Shown here piece by piece: positions 1-12,984 of a stretch of DNA of 64,000 nt; position 1 is the stretch's first letter; every line of letters starts with the position of its first letter. The notes beneath the pieces were generated by a model. That model was not told where the DNA came from, made no database searches, and saw only the letters and a program-made list of their open reading frames with translations. The translations under genes and the position numbers were made by a program. Origin of the DNA: Octopus sinensis (taxonomy: Eukaryota). Location: NCBI RefSeq assembly GCF_006345805.1, contig NC_043024.1, positions 16,182,001 to 16,246,000 on the forward strand, read 5' to 3'.

Positions 1-365
1 GTCAATACATCAATGTATCTTGCTTGAAACCAATGGAGATACTGTTACATGTGTGTATGTGTGTATACATGAATGTGTGCACACATATATATGCGTGTGT
101 GTGTATGTGTGTGTGTGTATGTATGTATGTGTGTGTGTATGTGCATGCATGTTTGTGTTTGTGTGTGTGTCAGTGTCTTTACATCATGTGATAGTTGCAA
201 ATAACTGTCCTTTGATTCCAATCTTCTGTGAAATCATATCTGGGGGCGTGAGGTATTTTTCCCCTTCCCTGGGAGACAGGTGTGGTTTGACAACAGGATG
301 AATGTCCAACTGAAGAAAATCTACCTCAATGAAAACCTGTTTTATTCATGCAGTCATGGGAAAGT
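1..365 (+). mobile_element. Degraded SINE 3' part (variant tail with a decayed GGAAGGGCATCCAGC-like motif)
   Basis: (TG)n tract followed by 'caacaggatgaatgtccaactgaagaaaatctacctcaatg', a decayed version of the motif seen in other window repeats. Confidence 0.45.
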
Positions 366-476
366 AAGGCATGAAGTAAGGCATGTGTAAAATTTGAATG
401 AAATTGGTTGTGTAGTTCTCAAGTTTTAGGGAAACACACAGACAGACAGACACACATTCTCAGTTATATATATATA
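366..476 (-). mobile_element. 5' end of a non-autonomous Helitron-like element
   Basis: Minus strand reads TATATATATATAACTGAGAATGTGTGTCTGTCTGTCTG..., the same 5' architecture (T[C]TATATATAA + (TGTC)n) as the elements at 8520 and 50105. Confidence 0.5.
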
Positions 477-1695
477 CTAGCTTAAGGTGACCTGCTCTAC
501 GCGCGGGTAAGAGTGTGGTTGTTATTTTCTGTTGCATCCTTTCGGCACGTAAAAAGCACCATCCGAACGTGGCCAATGGCAGCGCCGCCTTGACTGGCTT
601 CTGTGCCGGTGGCACGTAAAAAGCACCAACCGATCGTGGCTGCTGCCAATGCCCTTCTCCCCGTGGCACCTGTGCCAGTGGCACGAAAAAAACATCCACT
701 ACAATCACGGAGTGGTTGGCGTTAGGAAGGGCATCCAGCTGTAGAAACACTGCCAATCAGACTGGAGCCTGGTGCAGCCTCCTGGCTTCCCAGACCCGGC
801 CAAACCATCCAACCTGTGCTAGCACGGAAAACGGATGTTAAACGATGATGATGATGATGATGATTCTCCCTCTTTGTTTCTCTCTCCTTTCTCTCTCCCT
901 TTCCCACTCTCTTACTCTTCCTTTCTCTCGGACTCTCCCTCGCTTTCTCTTACTCTCTATCTTTATCTATCTCTCTCCTATTTATAAACAACAAAAGATC
1001 TTGAGTAAGTTGAGAAAGAAAGTAGTTTGAAAGATCAATCATAAATATCAGGCAGTGACAACGGAAAGGTCTGCTTCAAGGCAGAAAGCAAAACGCTAAC
1101 ATTTAATAGGGACAGACGAACTTGCGAGCTGAATAAAAATAAAAAAATATTGGAAACCATAGTTTGAAAGGATAGAATCTGAGGATAGTAGTGTCACCAT
1201 GGCTGGCATTTCTTAACGACGGACAGTAGCATAGTGGCAGTTTAACGGCTGGCGTAAAATTTTGAACTTGATGTAAAAGAAAATTCATAAACACCAAGCT
1301 TTGAAGTGATTCTTTCTCACGACAGTAGACTCACCATGGCAAGCATTCAAAACTTCTTCATCATGGACGGCAACACATTGACGATTTAAAGGCTGGCGCA
1401 AATTTTTTAGCTTCATGTAACAGAGAATTCCTAAACACCCGCTCCTGTAAATTTTAATTCCCCTTCAAGCCCCATTTAGACCTCTTTTCACATTTTGGTT
1501 AATATAACCCGATTTCATTCGGGTCTACTCGGGTCACATTTTATAAGATGAAGAATTTTGTCCTAGAGGTCACGCCTTTCATTTGAGGAAAAAAATAGTT
1601 GCCATGCAAACTCGCCAGCACTTTTAACATAGGTGTGCATATTTTCAGCACAACCAACCACATAATGCACACATTATATATATATATATATATAT
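477..1695 (-). mobile_element. Non-autonomous Helitron-like element (3' end at 477), interrupted by an RTE-tail repeat
   Basis: CTAG at 477-480 followed by T on minus; subterminal hairpin ACCTGC/GCGGGT at 490-508. The 5' end near 1695 is approximate. Confidence 0.5.
535..862 (+). mobile_element. RTE-type 3' UTR repeat (5'-truncated LINE or partner-SINE tail; family C)
   Basis: ggcacgtaaaaagcacc subrepeats, GGAGTGGTTGGCGTTAGGAAGGGCATCCAGC motif, (GAT)n tail; the same sequence is contiguous with RTE coding sequence at 38560-39165. Confidence 0.8.
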
Positions 1696-2717
1696 ACGCA
1701 TTATATATATATGTGTGTGTGTGTGTACGCATTATATATACAAATGTATACAAATTATATATATATATATATAAATTAAATTAGAGATAAAACCACTATT
1801 AGGCAAATCAAACAGTGAAAAACATAAACGTAAACATAAAAAGATTAATATAATATACAAAATATATAAAATATAAAATTAAAAAATTTAAATTATCTAT
1901 CAGATTATTGAATAATCCTTCCGTTTAATGTTAATTTGCTTTTCTATATCTTGACATAAAGATAAAGATTAATGTGTGTGTGTGTGTGTGCAGCTGCATG
2001 CACACCTGTAAATCACTATATCATACTGAAATAATTCCAGGTATTTATGTTTTGGTTACTTCCATTACTTGCAAGTCAACATTGCTTTTCTTTTTTTACC
2101 AGATCAACGGAACTGACCAACTGACCAATACTCTTGAAGACATTGAACTGTGGCCTATCTGAAACTAGAGCAAGAACAAAATAATGCAAAAGTATATATG
2201 CTTATTGTACCAATACAATGCTTCTTGGATTGCTACACATAAAATGGTTATCCTAGGATTTACAAACAACCTCCTAGAATTAAACCTCTGGACATGGAAT
2301 GCAAAATGATCATGGCGATTTATTGCCAATATAAAATGTTGGTAATTCCTTGGTTTTTATTGATTTTAATATTCTCTTAAAACTAAAATTATATTACAAT
2401 TTCATGGATGCGAATTGATTAAAAATTTAAATGAATCTTCTTGACTTGCAAATTATTTTTATGAGACAGTTGCACTAATGTTGTTCCTTCCAGAAGCAGG
2501 AACTGACACCATACAAAATGGCAACTTCTCTCTTCCTGTCAGGCATAAAACTTCAGTGTTGCCACTATCCACATTACCATATTGAAAGGTAGAAACGCTG
2601 AAACAGAGATGTGTGCTGTGTACAAGATGGAGAGGAGTCTTAATCGGATTTCACTGTGGTAAAGAACCAAGGTACCTACTCTTCTAGGTGGATAACAACA
2701 CTGTAGTTGCTGAAGTA

Positions 2718-3283
2718 TTGGGTTGTCCGGAAAGTTCATGCCGATTTATAATAGCTTACCTTTTGACTTATTTTAGAACATGGTTGAGTCCATGAAATAG
2801 GATTTCACTACACCTCCATTTAGAACACAGTTTAAGCTATCTTTTCGTGGAAGAAGGTTTATGTTCCTATAACCTGTGTTAATTCTGTAACCCTTTAAAA
2901 TGGAAGCTAAGAAAGTTCATTTTTGGCACTTGATGCTTTGGGAACCAGACAAAAATTGCTGCAGCTTGGCTGGGATGTGTTACCCCACCCTCCCTATTCA
3001 CCAGATATTGCTCCTTCGGATTTCCACTTATTCAGGTTTCTGCAGAATAGTCTTAATGGTAAAAATTTCAATTCCTTGGATGACTTAAAAAGATACCTTG
3101 ATGAATTCTTTGCCATGAAACCACCTCAATTCTGGGAAGAGGGTATTTTCAAGTTAAAGGAAAGATGGAGACGCATTGAGCAAGAAAATGGTTCATATTT
3201 GGTTGATTAAAAATGTAATGGCAAGTATTTATTGACCTTTTTCTTTCCTTTAAAAATCAGCACGAACTTTCTGGACAACCCAA
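2718..3283 (+). mobile_element. Internally deleted mariner (DD34D) element, copy 1
   Basis: TIRs TTGGGTTGTCCGGAAAGTT / AACTTTCTGGACAACCCAA, TA on both sides; N-terminal MEAKKVHF fused to C-terminal GWDVLPHPPYSPDIAPSDFHLF (ORF 2923-3210). Confidence 0.95.
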
Positions 3284-3309
3284 TATATATATATATATAT
3301 ATGAGTAAA

Positions 3310-4130
3310 AAAGGACCGTTTTATGGAGTCTTCTTATAGATTACTTCAATAATGAATGACAGAAACTTCATTTTCATAGCTGTTGATTTTAATGAAAATG
3401 TTAAGTATTGTGATGTTGGATGCTCCAGTGTACATGGAAGCTATGGATAAGGTACAAGGAATGGGGAGGGATCAAAGAGGGATTTGCAATATTAACCTTT
3501 GGACATTGACCAGCTACCTGATAATCTACTAACCAAGCAAACATGTAAATGAGATAGACATTATACTGACCAGGAAATGGGATAAGTGGCTGGTTGTGGA
3601 TATGGAGACAATAGACTAGTCTATCAGTGACATCAGGATTTAGGCTTGATGGGTTCAGAGGCAGACAGAAATTTGTAGGAGGAAGATATGGGAAATGGAA
3701 GATTCCTTGGCTAAATATAGGTTGAAAGAAATGTCAGCTAATGATGTGAAAAAGAAATGTAGATTTCTAAGGTGGAAGACAGTCAGTAGTTTCTTCAAGA
3801 TGGATCACAGACCAGATCTGTGGCTGGAGTAGGGAGATGGAAGGTAACAATGTCAGTAGAATAATACCATAAATAGACCAATAAAAGTTAAGACAGATCA
3901 AGAAAAATTTGAAGAAAGGGGAATGAAAAAGGAAGAATATCAAAAACGTAGAGAAGAGAGACTATTGGCCAGTCAAGCAGCTCAGTTCAATGTTAAGAGG
4001 TCTGGCAATGTTTCTGTGACAAGAGAACCAGACAAGGTATGTTCTGGATTGCAAAGTAGTATGTCTGTGAGTATCGTGATGGCATTAGCAAAAAGTGTTT
4101 ATGGAAATTGAAAACCCAGCACTGACGTAA
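3310..4130 (+). mobile_element. Degraded RTE-clade LINE, APE endonuclease region
   Basis: Translates with stops to IAVDFNENV...VHGSYG-GTRNGEG, resembling the RTE GDFNGHVG...HGG.G.G.RN.EG motif. Confidence 0.65.
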
Positions 4131-4199
4131 GGATTTTGCAAGTCTCCTTTATCATTTGCAGAAGTGGCTTTCAGAGATATAGGTTGCCAAAGACTAAAC

Positions 4200-5420
4200 A
4201 GAGAAATTTGTTCCAAGGCAGTTTATGATAATTTTGCACCTGCAACCACAGCTTTTATCACACATTTAAATTCTATCACAAATCCAAATACCAAAATGAC
4301 CATACGATAAATTTTCCGCATTAATTCTTAGGTAATCCCATTAACCAATAAATTTGCACTCTAACTTATAACCCATATCTAGTTTCTCACATATGCAACC
4401 ATCTGATTATATTCGTTTACATATATAAACGTACACACCCATACTCGTGTATATATGTACAGAGAGGGTATGCATGTATGTGGGTGTATGTAAACATTTA
4501 TACACATGCAAAATTTAGATAACTGCACATGTAGGAATGAGGATTGTATTTGCAACTTATCTCTACAACTTGCCTGATATACATGTATATACATCTTCCA
4601 TAAATATTTTCTCAGAATAATTAACACTGCTATTTCCTTAATTCTTAATTCTTCATATATTTGCCTCACAATTAAAAGCTACTGCTACACTTAGTACTTC
4701 CTCTACCTCTTAACCACCCCTCATTCCTCTATCATTTATACCTTTCTCTCTCTATCCCCACTCCAACTTTCAAATTACCTCCACTGACCACTGACCAACC
4801 TATATCTTAATTTTTCTTTTTTTCTTTTCCTTATTCTCTTTATTCATACATTCAGGGGTTTTATTCTTTATTTTTGTTTTCTTCTTTCTTTCTCTCCTCC
4901 TGTTATCTCTCTCTTTTTTCTTTTTCTTTTCTTTTTCTTTCTTTGTCATTCCTCTCTTCCTGTTTTCAATTTGACCAAACTAACACACTCCCTATTTCTA
5001 GGTCAGTTTAAACACAAACCTTGAATCTGCTACATTCTATATAAATTCCCTACTGGGAATGACCAACTTTAAGAGAATCTTACATTGTTTATAAACTTTA
5101 CATCTGGATGGACTCATATTAAACTCTGTTGGACTTTGGATTTTACTCAAAGGATATTGAATATTACACATATATACCATTATGCCTATAAAACGGATTT
5201 ATGAACTCAATAACCATACATATCTCACATCTATTTTTTTTCCCCCACCTCACTCTCTATTTGTATCACATTGAAACTAACTATGACTTAATTTTTCCTT
5301 TCACACCGTCTCCGATGAAGGGATATTATTATTAATTAATATTCTAGAAACAGCTGTAAGACCTTCTATCAATAAATGCTCTAATATCTATACAGCCTCG
5401 GTTTTTTTTTTATCTCATTA
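4200..5420 (+). mobile_element. Degraded Penelope-like element 3' region
   Basis: LRESYIVYKL-like GIY-YIG C-terminus near 5070, pyrimidine tract, then an HHR motif and AATAAA, ending at (TA)n. Confidence 0.45.
5308..5362 (+). ncRNA. Minimal type-I hammerhead ribozyme motif, U4C core variant
   Basis: GTCT-CCGATGA-[AG GGATATT..AATATTC TA]-GAAA-CAGCTG-TA-AGAC: stem I GTCT/AGAC, palindromic stem III ACAGCTGT. Confidence 0.7.
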
Positions 5421-5439
5421 CGCAAAAAATTCATATATA

Positions 5440-5470
<31 letters not shown>

Positions 5471-5834
5471 ATATATATATATATATAAATTAGCGAAAAA
5501 CCACTATTATGTAATTGAAACAATGATAGACGTAAATCATACCATATAGAAAAAATAAAATATATGATAAAACATTTACCTAGATCACAAAAAGTACATA
5601 ATAATAAATAAACAGTATATAATTAGCAAATAGACTATGTACGTTTTGTGGCTATATCTTCAATTCGAATTACAATTAAATCTAAATTTAATTGATCCAA
5701 TATATATATATATATATTTATATTGTGAAATTTGATTTAATACTAAATTAAATTTTTCCCTGTAAGTTTGGAGTTATACTCCATAATATTATTATTATAT
5801 ATAAACACACACACACACATATATATATATGTCT

Positions 5835-6028
5835 ATATTTGTGTGTCTGTGTTTGTCCCCCAACCATTGCTTGACAACCAATGCTGGAGTGTTTGTCCCT
5901 GTAACTTAGTGGTTTGGTGAAAGAGACCAATAGGCTTTCAAAGAATAAGTCTTGGGTGTCGATCTGTTTGACTAAAGGTGGTGCTCCAGCATGGCCACAA
6001 TCGAATGACTGTAACAAGTAAAAGAGTA
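5835..6028 (+). mobile_element. SINE family A, 3' half
   Basis: Matches the 3' half of the full copies (ttgacaacc.atgctgg...ctccagcatggcc...gtaaaagag). Confidence 0.85.
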
Positions 6029-6389
6029 TGTGTGTGTGTGTTCTATATGATTTGTATATAAATTGAGACACATTGCAGATTGTACTAATGTGATAAACAA
6101 GAAATAGAATTAGGTTATAACATGAAGTGAAATAGATATAACATGAAGTGAAATAGATTTACACATGTATTGAAATATATCAATATAAACAGAATTGATA
6201 TTTTGGAAAATTATAATATAAAGATAACCTATAAAATATCTAAAATGAATTTTATAATCATATTTGAAGCGGTTTGTCCATATATGGAAAAATGTAGTAT
6301 ACTGTTTTTCAATTACCATGGTGACAAAAAAATATTTATTCCAAATTATTTGTTTTTGTCTGTTTTTCTCTCTCTCTCCCCCTCACCCT

Positions 6390-6429
<40 letters not shown>

Positions 6430-6574
6430 TTGGTTTTGAATATTTAGAAGCATTGTGTGAATAGAAAAATGTGAATGAAAAAACTATCAACAACACAGGT
6501 TATCATTTTTTATTTGATCTGTGTGACATTGTGACATTTACTTCAGTGTATCAATATCTTATACTTATGAAAGC

Positions 6575-6860
6575 AGCAAGCTGGCAGAATCGTTGGCATC
6601 TAGCTTTAAGGCAGTGCTCCAGCATCGCCACAGTCAAATGACTGAAACAAGTAAAAGAATAAAAGAATACCAGGCAAAATGCTTAGTGGTATTTCATCTG
6701 TCTTAATGTTCTGAGTTCAAATACTGCCAAAGTCGACTTTGCCTTTCCTCCTTTCAGGGTTGATAAAATATGTACCAGTTGTGTACTGGGATCAATCTAA
6801 TGAATTTGTCCCATTCCCTGAAATTACTGGCCTTGTGGCAAAATTTGAAAGCGATATTTT
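6575..6860 (+). mobile_element. SINE family B (tRNA head + Nin-like domain) with a family-A tail fragment inserted
   Basis: gctggcagaatcgtt head, ttctgagttcaaat B-box-like motif, gtcgactttgcctttc.tcctttc.ggg domain; family-A tail at about 6601-6668. Confidence 0.7.
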
Positions 6861-7990
6861 GTGTTCAGACATGATAGAAGAAGAAGAAGAATGACCTAGG
6901 TAGAATAAGATTTGAAACCTTGATGCTGAAGAGAACTTCAAAGAGACAAAAGTTTGGTGAAACTATGCGTGTGGACCCAGCAGAAATACCCAACTGATTA
7001 TAAGGACAAGGTGCATTGGTGAAGGTAAAATTTCTCCTCTATTATGTGTCACATAAAGCAAACAGCAAGTAGGAGCCTCTTGGCTCAGATAATTTTTTCA
7101 AAAGAAATTCTCTTAAGTTCAAACTTACATCTTGGTGTTGCTATATTGGTCTGTAAAATCAAATTATTTTTTATCAACAATGCAACAGAATAGTGTCTTT
7201 ATATTTTCTTTGCTTTAGAGAAAATATATTTAGAAGTATTGTGTGAATAAATGATATGTGTGAAGAAGCTATCAGCAATGTAATTTATTAAAAAATTATA
7301 AATATATATTTATTTTTGAAATAGGTGACATTTATTCCGGTATATTGGTATTTTGGGCTTATGGCTCTTAGTCATGACCGAAAAGGAACAGAGACAAAAG
7401 AGGTAGAAAAAAGTGTGAATACTACTGTTAAAAATTCATCTGTGCTAAGCAGCTGCTACTGTGGATTATTCTATGACACTCATCATTAGATTTTATATTA
7501 GATTAGTTTCACCTTCACTAATGCATTTTCTCCAAATCTGGAATCTGGAATTTCCTGTCAATTAGCAGACATAAATTCACCAAACTGCTGACTTCATGTG
7601 GCATTATTAACCTTAACCAAGCTGTGAAGGATGCTACTGAGGTCAATATAATCAGCTGCTCTCCTTCATCCTTGTGACAATTTATTTATGTTCATTTTTA
7701 CATCTGTTCTTCCATGTATTCATGGGTTAGATGAGTATATAATTGAAATATTGTTTTGCATAAGGAGGCTATTTTTGTAAATAATCTTGCTTATTTTCCA
7801 AGTAAGGGACCTCATATTCCACATGCCTTTGGAAACATAGAGCCAACAAATGATTTGACAGGGAAAATGACATCATTGATTATAGCACAGGGGTTTGTTT
7901 TGGAGTGGTGTAAATACAAACATAACACACACACACACACACAAATAAATATGTATAAGTATCTACATACATGACAGGTTTTGCACAGTT

Positions 7991-8211
7991 TCTTGTTTCT
8001 TTACTAAACATAGAGGGGACAAACAAGGACAGACAAAGGGATTAAGTCAATTACGTCGACCCCAGTGCATAACTGGTACTTATTTAATCAACCCTGAAAG
8101 GATGAAAGGCTAAGTCGACCTCAGCAGAATTTGAACTCAGAACATAGCGGTAGACGAAATACCGCTAAGCATTTCGCCCGGCGTGCTAACGTTTCTGCCA
8201 GCTCGCTGCCT
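7991..8211 (-). mobile_element. SINE family B
   Basis: Reverse complement of the tRNA-like head, Nin-like domain and tail. Confidence 0.85.
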
Positions 8212-8349
8212 TTTTTGCACAGTTTCTGTCCATCAAATTCACTCACAAGACACTGGCTAGCTCAGAGAAGAAATTTGCCCAAGATGTCACGCAATGGGAC
8301 TGAACCTAAAACCTTGTAGTTGTGAAGCATACTTCTTAGACACACAGCC

Positions 8350-8812
8350 ATGCCTGTCAAAGTTGAAGAAATTTATAAATGGGATCGGTGGATGTTCCCC
8401 TTTAGAAATTTAAAGAGGATTAGTGGCAGGGAAGTGCAACAGTGTTCTTGGGGAGATTCTGGGTGCCATTGAGAATGAGCTGCCTAGTCTGTTCTGGAGG
8501 ACTTTCTCGTTGGGAACTATCTATATATATATATATAAGGCAGGATGTGTGTGTGTGTGTGTGTGTGTGTGTCCGTGATTGTAGTTTATGCACATCCACA
8601 AATTAGGGTGCATGTTGCTCAAATTTTAGGAGGACATTCGTCACAATCCTAGCTATATTTTTGTCAAATTATTTTCCCCCGAGGCACCCGCGAATAGCGG
8701 TAAATAATTTTGAGCCATAACTTCAATTTTCATGGCGGAGAAATCCACTGTAGTGACACCATTATTGTTTACAAAACATGAGTTAAGTCCCCTTCTAGCA
8801 ACGGTGTAAAGA

Positions 8813-8856
<44 letters not shown>

Positions 8857-11005
8857 TAACAGATTTAAAAAATTTCTTTTTAGACAGACAGGTGTTGTTA
8901 TGTATATACGTATGTGTGAATGGCTTCAGTCACACACACACAAGCATGTATGTGTACAAAACACATGCATGCAATGTGTGTGTTGACCGTATATATATAT
9001 ATATACAAAGATATACACACTATAAACGATATTCTCCATTTCTCCACAACTAATTTCCAAATTAGCTGAATCCATTGTTCCACTCATAGCAATATATAGC
9101 TGGTCGTACACGAACATGGGAGAGAGCAGAGGTTACCAGAGCAAAAGACCTACATGTTGACTGTAGATATGCTCCTTCACAAACGATCAGCTATTATTTT
9201 GTAAACAATGTTTCGAAACTGTTCATGCTTTCGAAAGGAAAGATCTGACTCTCACATCTCTGCGAGAGAAGGTAGGTTTCTCTATTCCTGTTACAAAACT
9301 TACGTCCAGGTACCAAATTTGCTTCAATTGATGGTATTACTCGGGTAGGAGGTGGTGGTGGAACAGGGGCAGGGGCAAAGGTGTGCAAAAATATGTATGC
9401 AATAGGTGTATGTACGTATATGTTTGTGTGTGTGTGTTGCCCATATATATATACTTAGTTGTGATCTGAACATAACCGCTTCCTGCACAGAAGATCAGGG
9501 GCCCTTTTGGGCATTCTATTTTCCTTGCTGGAAGGGTTCCCAACCCATGGGCAAAGGTGTGTTACATGATGGGGTGGTGTTTTCAAAAGGGTTGGCATAT
9601 GCAACCTGATCACCTCTGCTGATAAAACTCCCAACCCATGCCCTCCTATCGCGACACTGGTTCTGCAGAACTGGGTTGGGTATGAAAGTCAACATTAAAG
9701 TATAAATATAGGTGTTTTTGAATCAGCAATGTTTGGGTAAATCCTATTTGGGGTGAAAAATCAATAAACTGATTCCTTATGGGGATTTCCATTTAATCAG
9801 AATAAAAAAAAATCAATAAACCAATTCCTTATAGGACATCTCACTAAAATTGGCTACACCCCATTTTCAACAATAACGTCTACCAATTTTGATGTATTTT
9901 GTTCAAACTTGATGCCAGCATTACTTAGGATTCATGGGATCTTTGAATGCTTTAAGTTCTCCAAAAACATTAAAAAAAAACAATCGATGAGGGGAAAAAA
10001 TCGATAAACTGATTCCTTATGGGATTTCCCAATCAAATTGTCTGCAAAATTTCAGCCAAAAGTTTACCAATTTCAACGGATTTCACTCAAATTTGATGTC
10101 GATGTTACTTAGTTTGCTTTGAAATAAAGAGCTTGATTAGCTTAATAATCCTAACTTAATCCCGAGCAAAGCCAAGCTATACTGCTAGTCAAGGATAATT
10201 TCCAGATGTCTTTGGCCTGGCAGTGCTACTAGTGGGGGGGGGGGCACTACTCATTCAAGATAAACTCTACAGGCATGGATGTGCTGTCAGATAGACTTCT
10301 CTGAGGTGTGCGCAGAGTGACAAAACCATTCTGTATGCCCTCGTTCAGTGTCTGGGCATTGCTGACTTGTGGGGTTATGTTGAACAGCTGCTGTCATGTG
10401 TGGGATGGATCTGTCTGTCGGCCGAGTCTGTAGTGATGATTGCACTGCTGCCCTCCTTCAGTCGGACAGGCAAGGCAGTCTTCCTTTGCCTGGTGGCTGT
10501 GGCAAAAGAGGCTGTTTGGTGGACAAGACGGAAAAGCATGAGGACAGATACATTCCTCTTGGGTAGAACTCTCATTGACTTCTTCAAGTTTCACTTAAAA
10601 AGGAAATTGAGAATGGAGGGGGAAGTGCTGTCCTCGAGTGAGTTTGTTGAAAGGTGAAAGTTGCGAAAATGGCAAGAGTGGATGGTACCTCTCTAAGTAT
10701 AGACCTGTGAGTCAGAGAGAAGCAATTGGAGAGGGCACTTGCTCCTGGTGTTCCAGGGAAATCTTGGACAGTAGGGTTCCTTGATTATCCCTAGAGGCAT
10801 TCCTCTATCAGGAGGGCCACACCTCTATCATCCTCTTCCCTGTTTTTTCTATCCCTTTGTATGCTATGCACATGTCCCTTCTTTTCCAGTATATACCATC
10901 TTTAATTTTTTTTAAATTTTATTATTATATGTAACCCCCACACTTTATGTCTGTCTCTGTGTTGTCCCCCTCATCCTTCGCCTTTGTAGCAAATAAATGA
11001 AATCA
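8350..11005 (+). mobile_element. L1/Tx1-clade LINE 3' fragment, copy 1 (split by the Helitron at 8520-10188)
   Basis: DNFQMSLAWQCY, CCHC-knuckle-like RCAQSDKTILYALVQC, VAKEAVWWTR...FKFHLKRK (ORF 10367-10657), 3' tail with AATAAA; both flanks of the Helitron align to copy 2. Confidence 0.8.
8520..10188 (+). mobile_element. Non-autonomous Helitron, 1.67 kb
   Basis: A^TCTATATA 5' end; 3' cccgagcaaagccaag hairpin remnant + CTAG^T; no TSD; removing it rejoins the Tx1 sequence. Confidence 0.8.
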
Positions 11006-11434
11006 TTCTTCTTCTTCTTCTTCTTCTTCTTCTTCTTCCTCCTCCTCCTCCTCCTCCTTCTTTCTTCACATTTCTCATACATATTGATATATTTTCTTCA
11101 GAAGCAAGTTATAACTAATGACCATTGTGGTCTGTCAACTTTCTCATTCCAATTACGTTGACATAACTCTTCTCAAAATCCTGACTGTTCCAAGTAGTGC
11201 TGTTTTGATAGTGTTTTGATAGTGAATCCAATTTGCCAAGCCACATCTGAAATCAGTTTGTCATAGTCTCAAGTGCCCCCATCACAAATGGTATAACCTC
11301 CACTTCCCTCCGTTCCCACAATCATGCTATCTCGTGTTTCAAATCTTGCTACCCATCCATTTTGTCCTTCTTTTTTTCTTCCATATGGATATCTCCTGGG
11401 ACAGCAATATCAGTAATCCAGCAATATCTTTCTA

Positions 11435-11985
11435 TTGGGTTGTCCGGAAAGTTCGTGCCGATTTTTAAAGGAAAGAAAAAGGTCTATAAATACTTGCCAT
11501 TTCATTTTTAATCAATCAAATATGAACCATTTTCTTGCACAATGCGTCTCCATCTTTCCTTTAACTTGAAAATACCCTCTTCTCAGAACTGAGATGCTTT
11601 CATGGCAAAGAATTCATCAAGGTATCTTTTTATGTCATCCAAGGAATTGAAATTTTTACCCTTAAGACTATTCTGTAGAGACCTGAATAAGTGGAAATCC
11701 AAAGGAGCAATATCTGGTGAATATGGAGGGTGGGGTAACACATCCCAGCCAAGCTGCAGCAATTTTTGTCTGGTTCCCAAAGCATCAAGTGCTGAAAATG
11801 AACTGTCTTATCTTCCATTTTTAAGGGTTACAGAATTAACACAGGTTATAGGAACCTTCTTCCACGGAAAGATAGCTTAAACTGTGCTTTAAATGGAGGT
11901 GTAGTCAAATCCTATTTTATGGACTCAACCATGTTCTAAAATAAGTCAAAAGGTAAGCTACTATAAATCGGCATGAACTTTCCAA
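11435..11985 (-). mobile_element. Internally deleted mariner, copy 2
   Basis: Same TIR and deletion junction; ORF 11583-11780; the TIR at the right-hand end is partly deleted. Confidence 0.92.
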
Positions 11986-12491
11986 TATATATATATGTGT
12001 GTGTGTATGTTTGTGTGTCTGTGTTTGTCCCCCAACATCGCTTGACAACCGATGCTGGTGTGTTTATGTCCCCCGTAACTTAGCGGTTTGGCAAAAGTGA
12101 CCGATAGAATAATTACTAGGCTTACAAAGAATAAGTCCCGGGGTCAATTTGTTCGACTAAAGGCGGCTACCAGGGACTGCGAGGTGGTATCAGGAATGAG
12201 GGTTAACCAGGAAAGGCCAGAAGCAAGCCCAGGCTGTCTACATATGTCATTGGGTGCTGGACAGATGGACCAGTTAAATTGCTTGAGACCTGGTTTAGTC
12301 TGGACAAAAACTGGGACAAGGTAATAAGCAGGGTGACTACTCTCACCCAGAAATGGGCTAAGAGGAAGCTATCACTGAAAGGTCGGGTGGATGTGGCCAA
12401 TGTGTACATTGCATCCATCCACCACTGCTGCTTGACCGCCATAACTGGTTCCATCTGATTGCAGTGGAATGCTTCTTGTGGATGGCATATG

Positions 12492-12690
12492 TTCTTATTT
12501 CTTTATTGCCCTCAAGGGGCTAAACATAGAGGGACAAACAAGGACGGACAAAGGAATTAAGTTGATTACATCAACCCCAGTGCGTAACTGGTACTTTATT
12601 TATTGACCCTGAAAGGATGAAAGCTAAAGTTGACCTCGGCGGAATTTGAACTCAGACGTAACGGCAGACAAAATACCGCTAAGCATTTCG
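12492..12690 (-). mobile_element. SINE family B inserted in Tx1
   Basis: Same sequence as 7991-8211. Confidence 0.85.
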
Positions 12691-12984
12691 GATGGCACAT
12701 CTGATGGTCAGGTATCTCAACTGCATGGTGTACTGAGCAGGCTATGACTGATGATGTGCAAACAGGTGTTGAGGTTACGACATCTCCAGTGCTTCCTTGC
12801 TGGTGGACAGGTGTGGTCACTTTTCGTCAGATGCGTTTTTCCCTCAGCCAGTCTCCTTTATGGAGATGCAGTCCTGGGTCAAATAGAGACCGAGAGAAGG
12901 CATTTGGAAAGTGGAATGTCTTCAAACCCCCCACTCCCGACACTACAACAGGTGAATAGTTTGCTTTAATGTTCTGTAGAGGAT

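Noticed and set aside
2923-3210. SETMAR/Metnase-like host gene
   Set aside because: Lies between TIRs with TA TSDs in four copies; no SET domain.
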